Shown here: positions 62,725 through 64,000 of the stretch, one piece after another
Position numbering within the stretch: position 1 is the stretch's first letter
How the letters are laid out: each line of letters starts with the position of its first letter
Origin: Neocallimastix sp. 'constans'
Lineage: Eukaryota
Reading direction: 5' to 3'
NCBI GenBank assembly: GCA_050613775.1
Contig: JBODTK010000014.1
Coordinates: forward strand, 372,001 to 436,000
DNA: 64,000 nucleotides
Notes under the pieces: model-generated
Seen by the model: only the letters and a program-made list of their open reading frames with translations
What the model was told of the DNA's origin: nothing
Database searches by the model: none
Position numbers and translations under genes: made by a program

Positions 62725-63266
62725 TGATACGACACTTACAAATAATATAGAAATAACTATAAAAATAATTTAAATAATAGATAGATAATTTAATACATGT
62801 AAATAAAAGAGTTTGTACAATTATAAAGTATTAATAAAATTAAATAAGATAAACTAACCAATAGAATAGAGTTAAGAGAAATAATGAAATATAAAATGAA
62901 GAAAATAAATAATAAATTAAGAAGGAAGTTAGAGAGCTAACTAAAAAGTTAATATTAAGGAGAGAAAACTTAATATTATTATAATTATAGTTATAAAGAA
63001 AATAATTAGTTATTCAGAGGAATTAACTAATATAAAATTTAGTAGAATTTAATATGTATTAATATAACTAAAATAATAAAATATATTGATTAATATTTAA
63101 ATATAAAATAAAATAATAAAATTAAAATACGACAAAAGAATTATTATTGTTTACTATATATTTTATTAGTGTGTGTTTATTATTATATTCTTCTGTTAGA
63201 ATATATTATTTTATAATTAAACAACTTGCTCAACCGAACACTGATACTTTTAATAATATCGTATCA
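62725..63266 (+). repeat. LTR (542 bp) of another Gypsy-type element, with PPT upstream and PBS-like TGG downstream
   Basis: Inverted ends TGATACG...CGTATCA. Preceded by GACGAAGTCT..AAAGCAGGGG and followed by TTT-TGGTG at 63270. Confidence 0.75.
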
Positions 63267-64000
63267 TTTTGGTGTAATAATTCTATTAAGAACTAACTCA
63301 AAATAGAATTATTAACTACAACTTAACGACTAATTCATTAAGTTGAGAAAATAAAATAAAATAAATTTTTTTACCTTTAGAGTAGAGTTTATTATAAAAT
63401 TAATTATAATAACACAAAAAGTAAGAGAAGAATTGTTTGTATAAATTGATTTTAAAAATATGTTTTTGAATAAAATATTTTTATTAATTTATTAAAGTTA
63501 AAAATATAAAATTGTTACCATTATAACTATGTTTTTTATAATAATAACTCTTGATTTCTCAAAGAGAACTCAAGAGCCTTATTTATATTTTTTTATGAAA
63601 ATAAGGTTAAATAAGAAAGGGTTTTCTAATCTTAACAAATCTCTTATCTAGGAAAAGATTAGATAGAAAAACCTAGATAAGTTTTCGATCGATATTCTAT
63701 CCATATCGATCATCGCATTAATTAAGTAAAACCGATTACTTCTAAAAAGTAATTGGAAAAAATCTTAATTAACCGATTTTCCAATCTAATGATCGAAAAT
63801 AAAAGAATAAAATAATAAAAGATATTTCGATCATATAATTTATCCTTATATTAAAAATATAAAATTTAATAGTTAATAAAATACAGAATACATTATAAAA
63901 TAAAGAATAAAATACAATACAAAATACATTAGTTACAGTAGAGAATTTAACATATTGTAAATATATTATTTAAAATTAATTAAATAAATTTTGTTAAATT

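Overview
Extremely AT-rich eukaryotic DNA with GT-AG introns and many microsatellites. Composition, gene style and an intronless bacterial-type secreted enzyme gene suggest an anaerobic gut fungus (Neocallimastigomycota); this is inferred, not proven. The left half (1-31 kb) holds host genes: a secreted DUF4874/DUF4832 glycoside-hydrolase-like protein, a pair of convergent decayed ORFs that may be an endogenous RNA-virus relic, a 9-exon ALG1, a Pmp1/Msg5-type dual-specificity phosphatase, a Cys-rich single-pass membrane protein, and a 5-exon UPF0132/DUF4870-like membrane protein that the ORF track misses. The right half (31.5-64 kb) is a nested transposon cluster. A ~10-kb segment bounded by ~53-bp terminal inverted repeats contains a small secreted Cys-rich protein ORF with no ATG, a decayed Gypsy chromovirus (TSD AACGA) and a MULE transposase pseudogene. 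Next is an intact, very young chromovirus with non-canonical TA...TA LTR ends (TSD ATTAT), followed by several Gypsy and Copia remnants. Both chromoviruses have an 11-nt primer site complementary to their own LTR (Tf1-type self-priming). Two related LTR families share a covarying double hairpin that resembles tRNA A/B boxes. All calls come from manual reading; no database searches were run.
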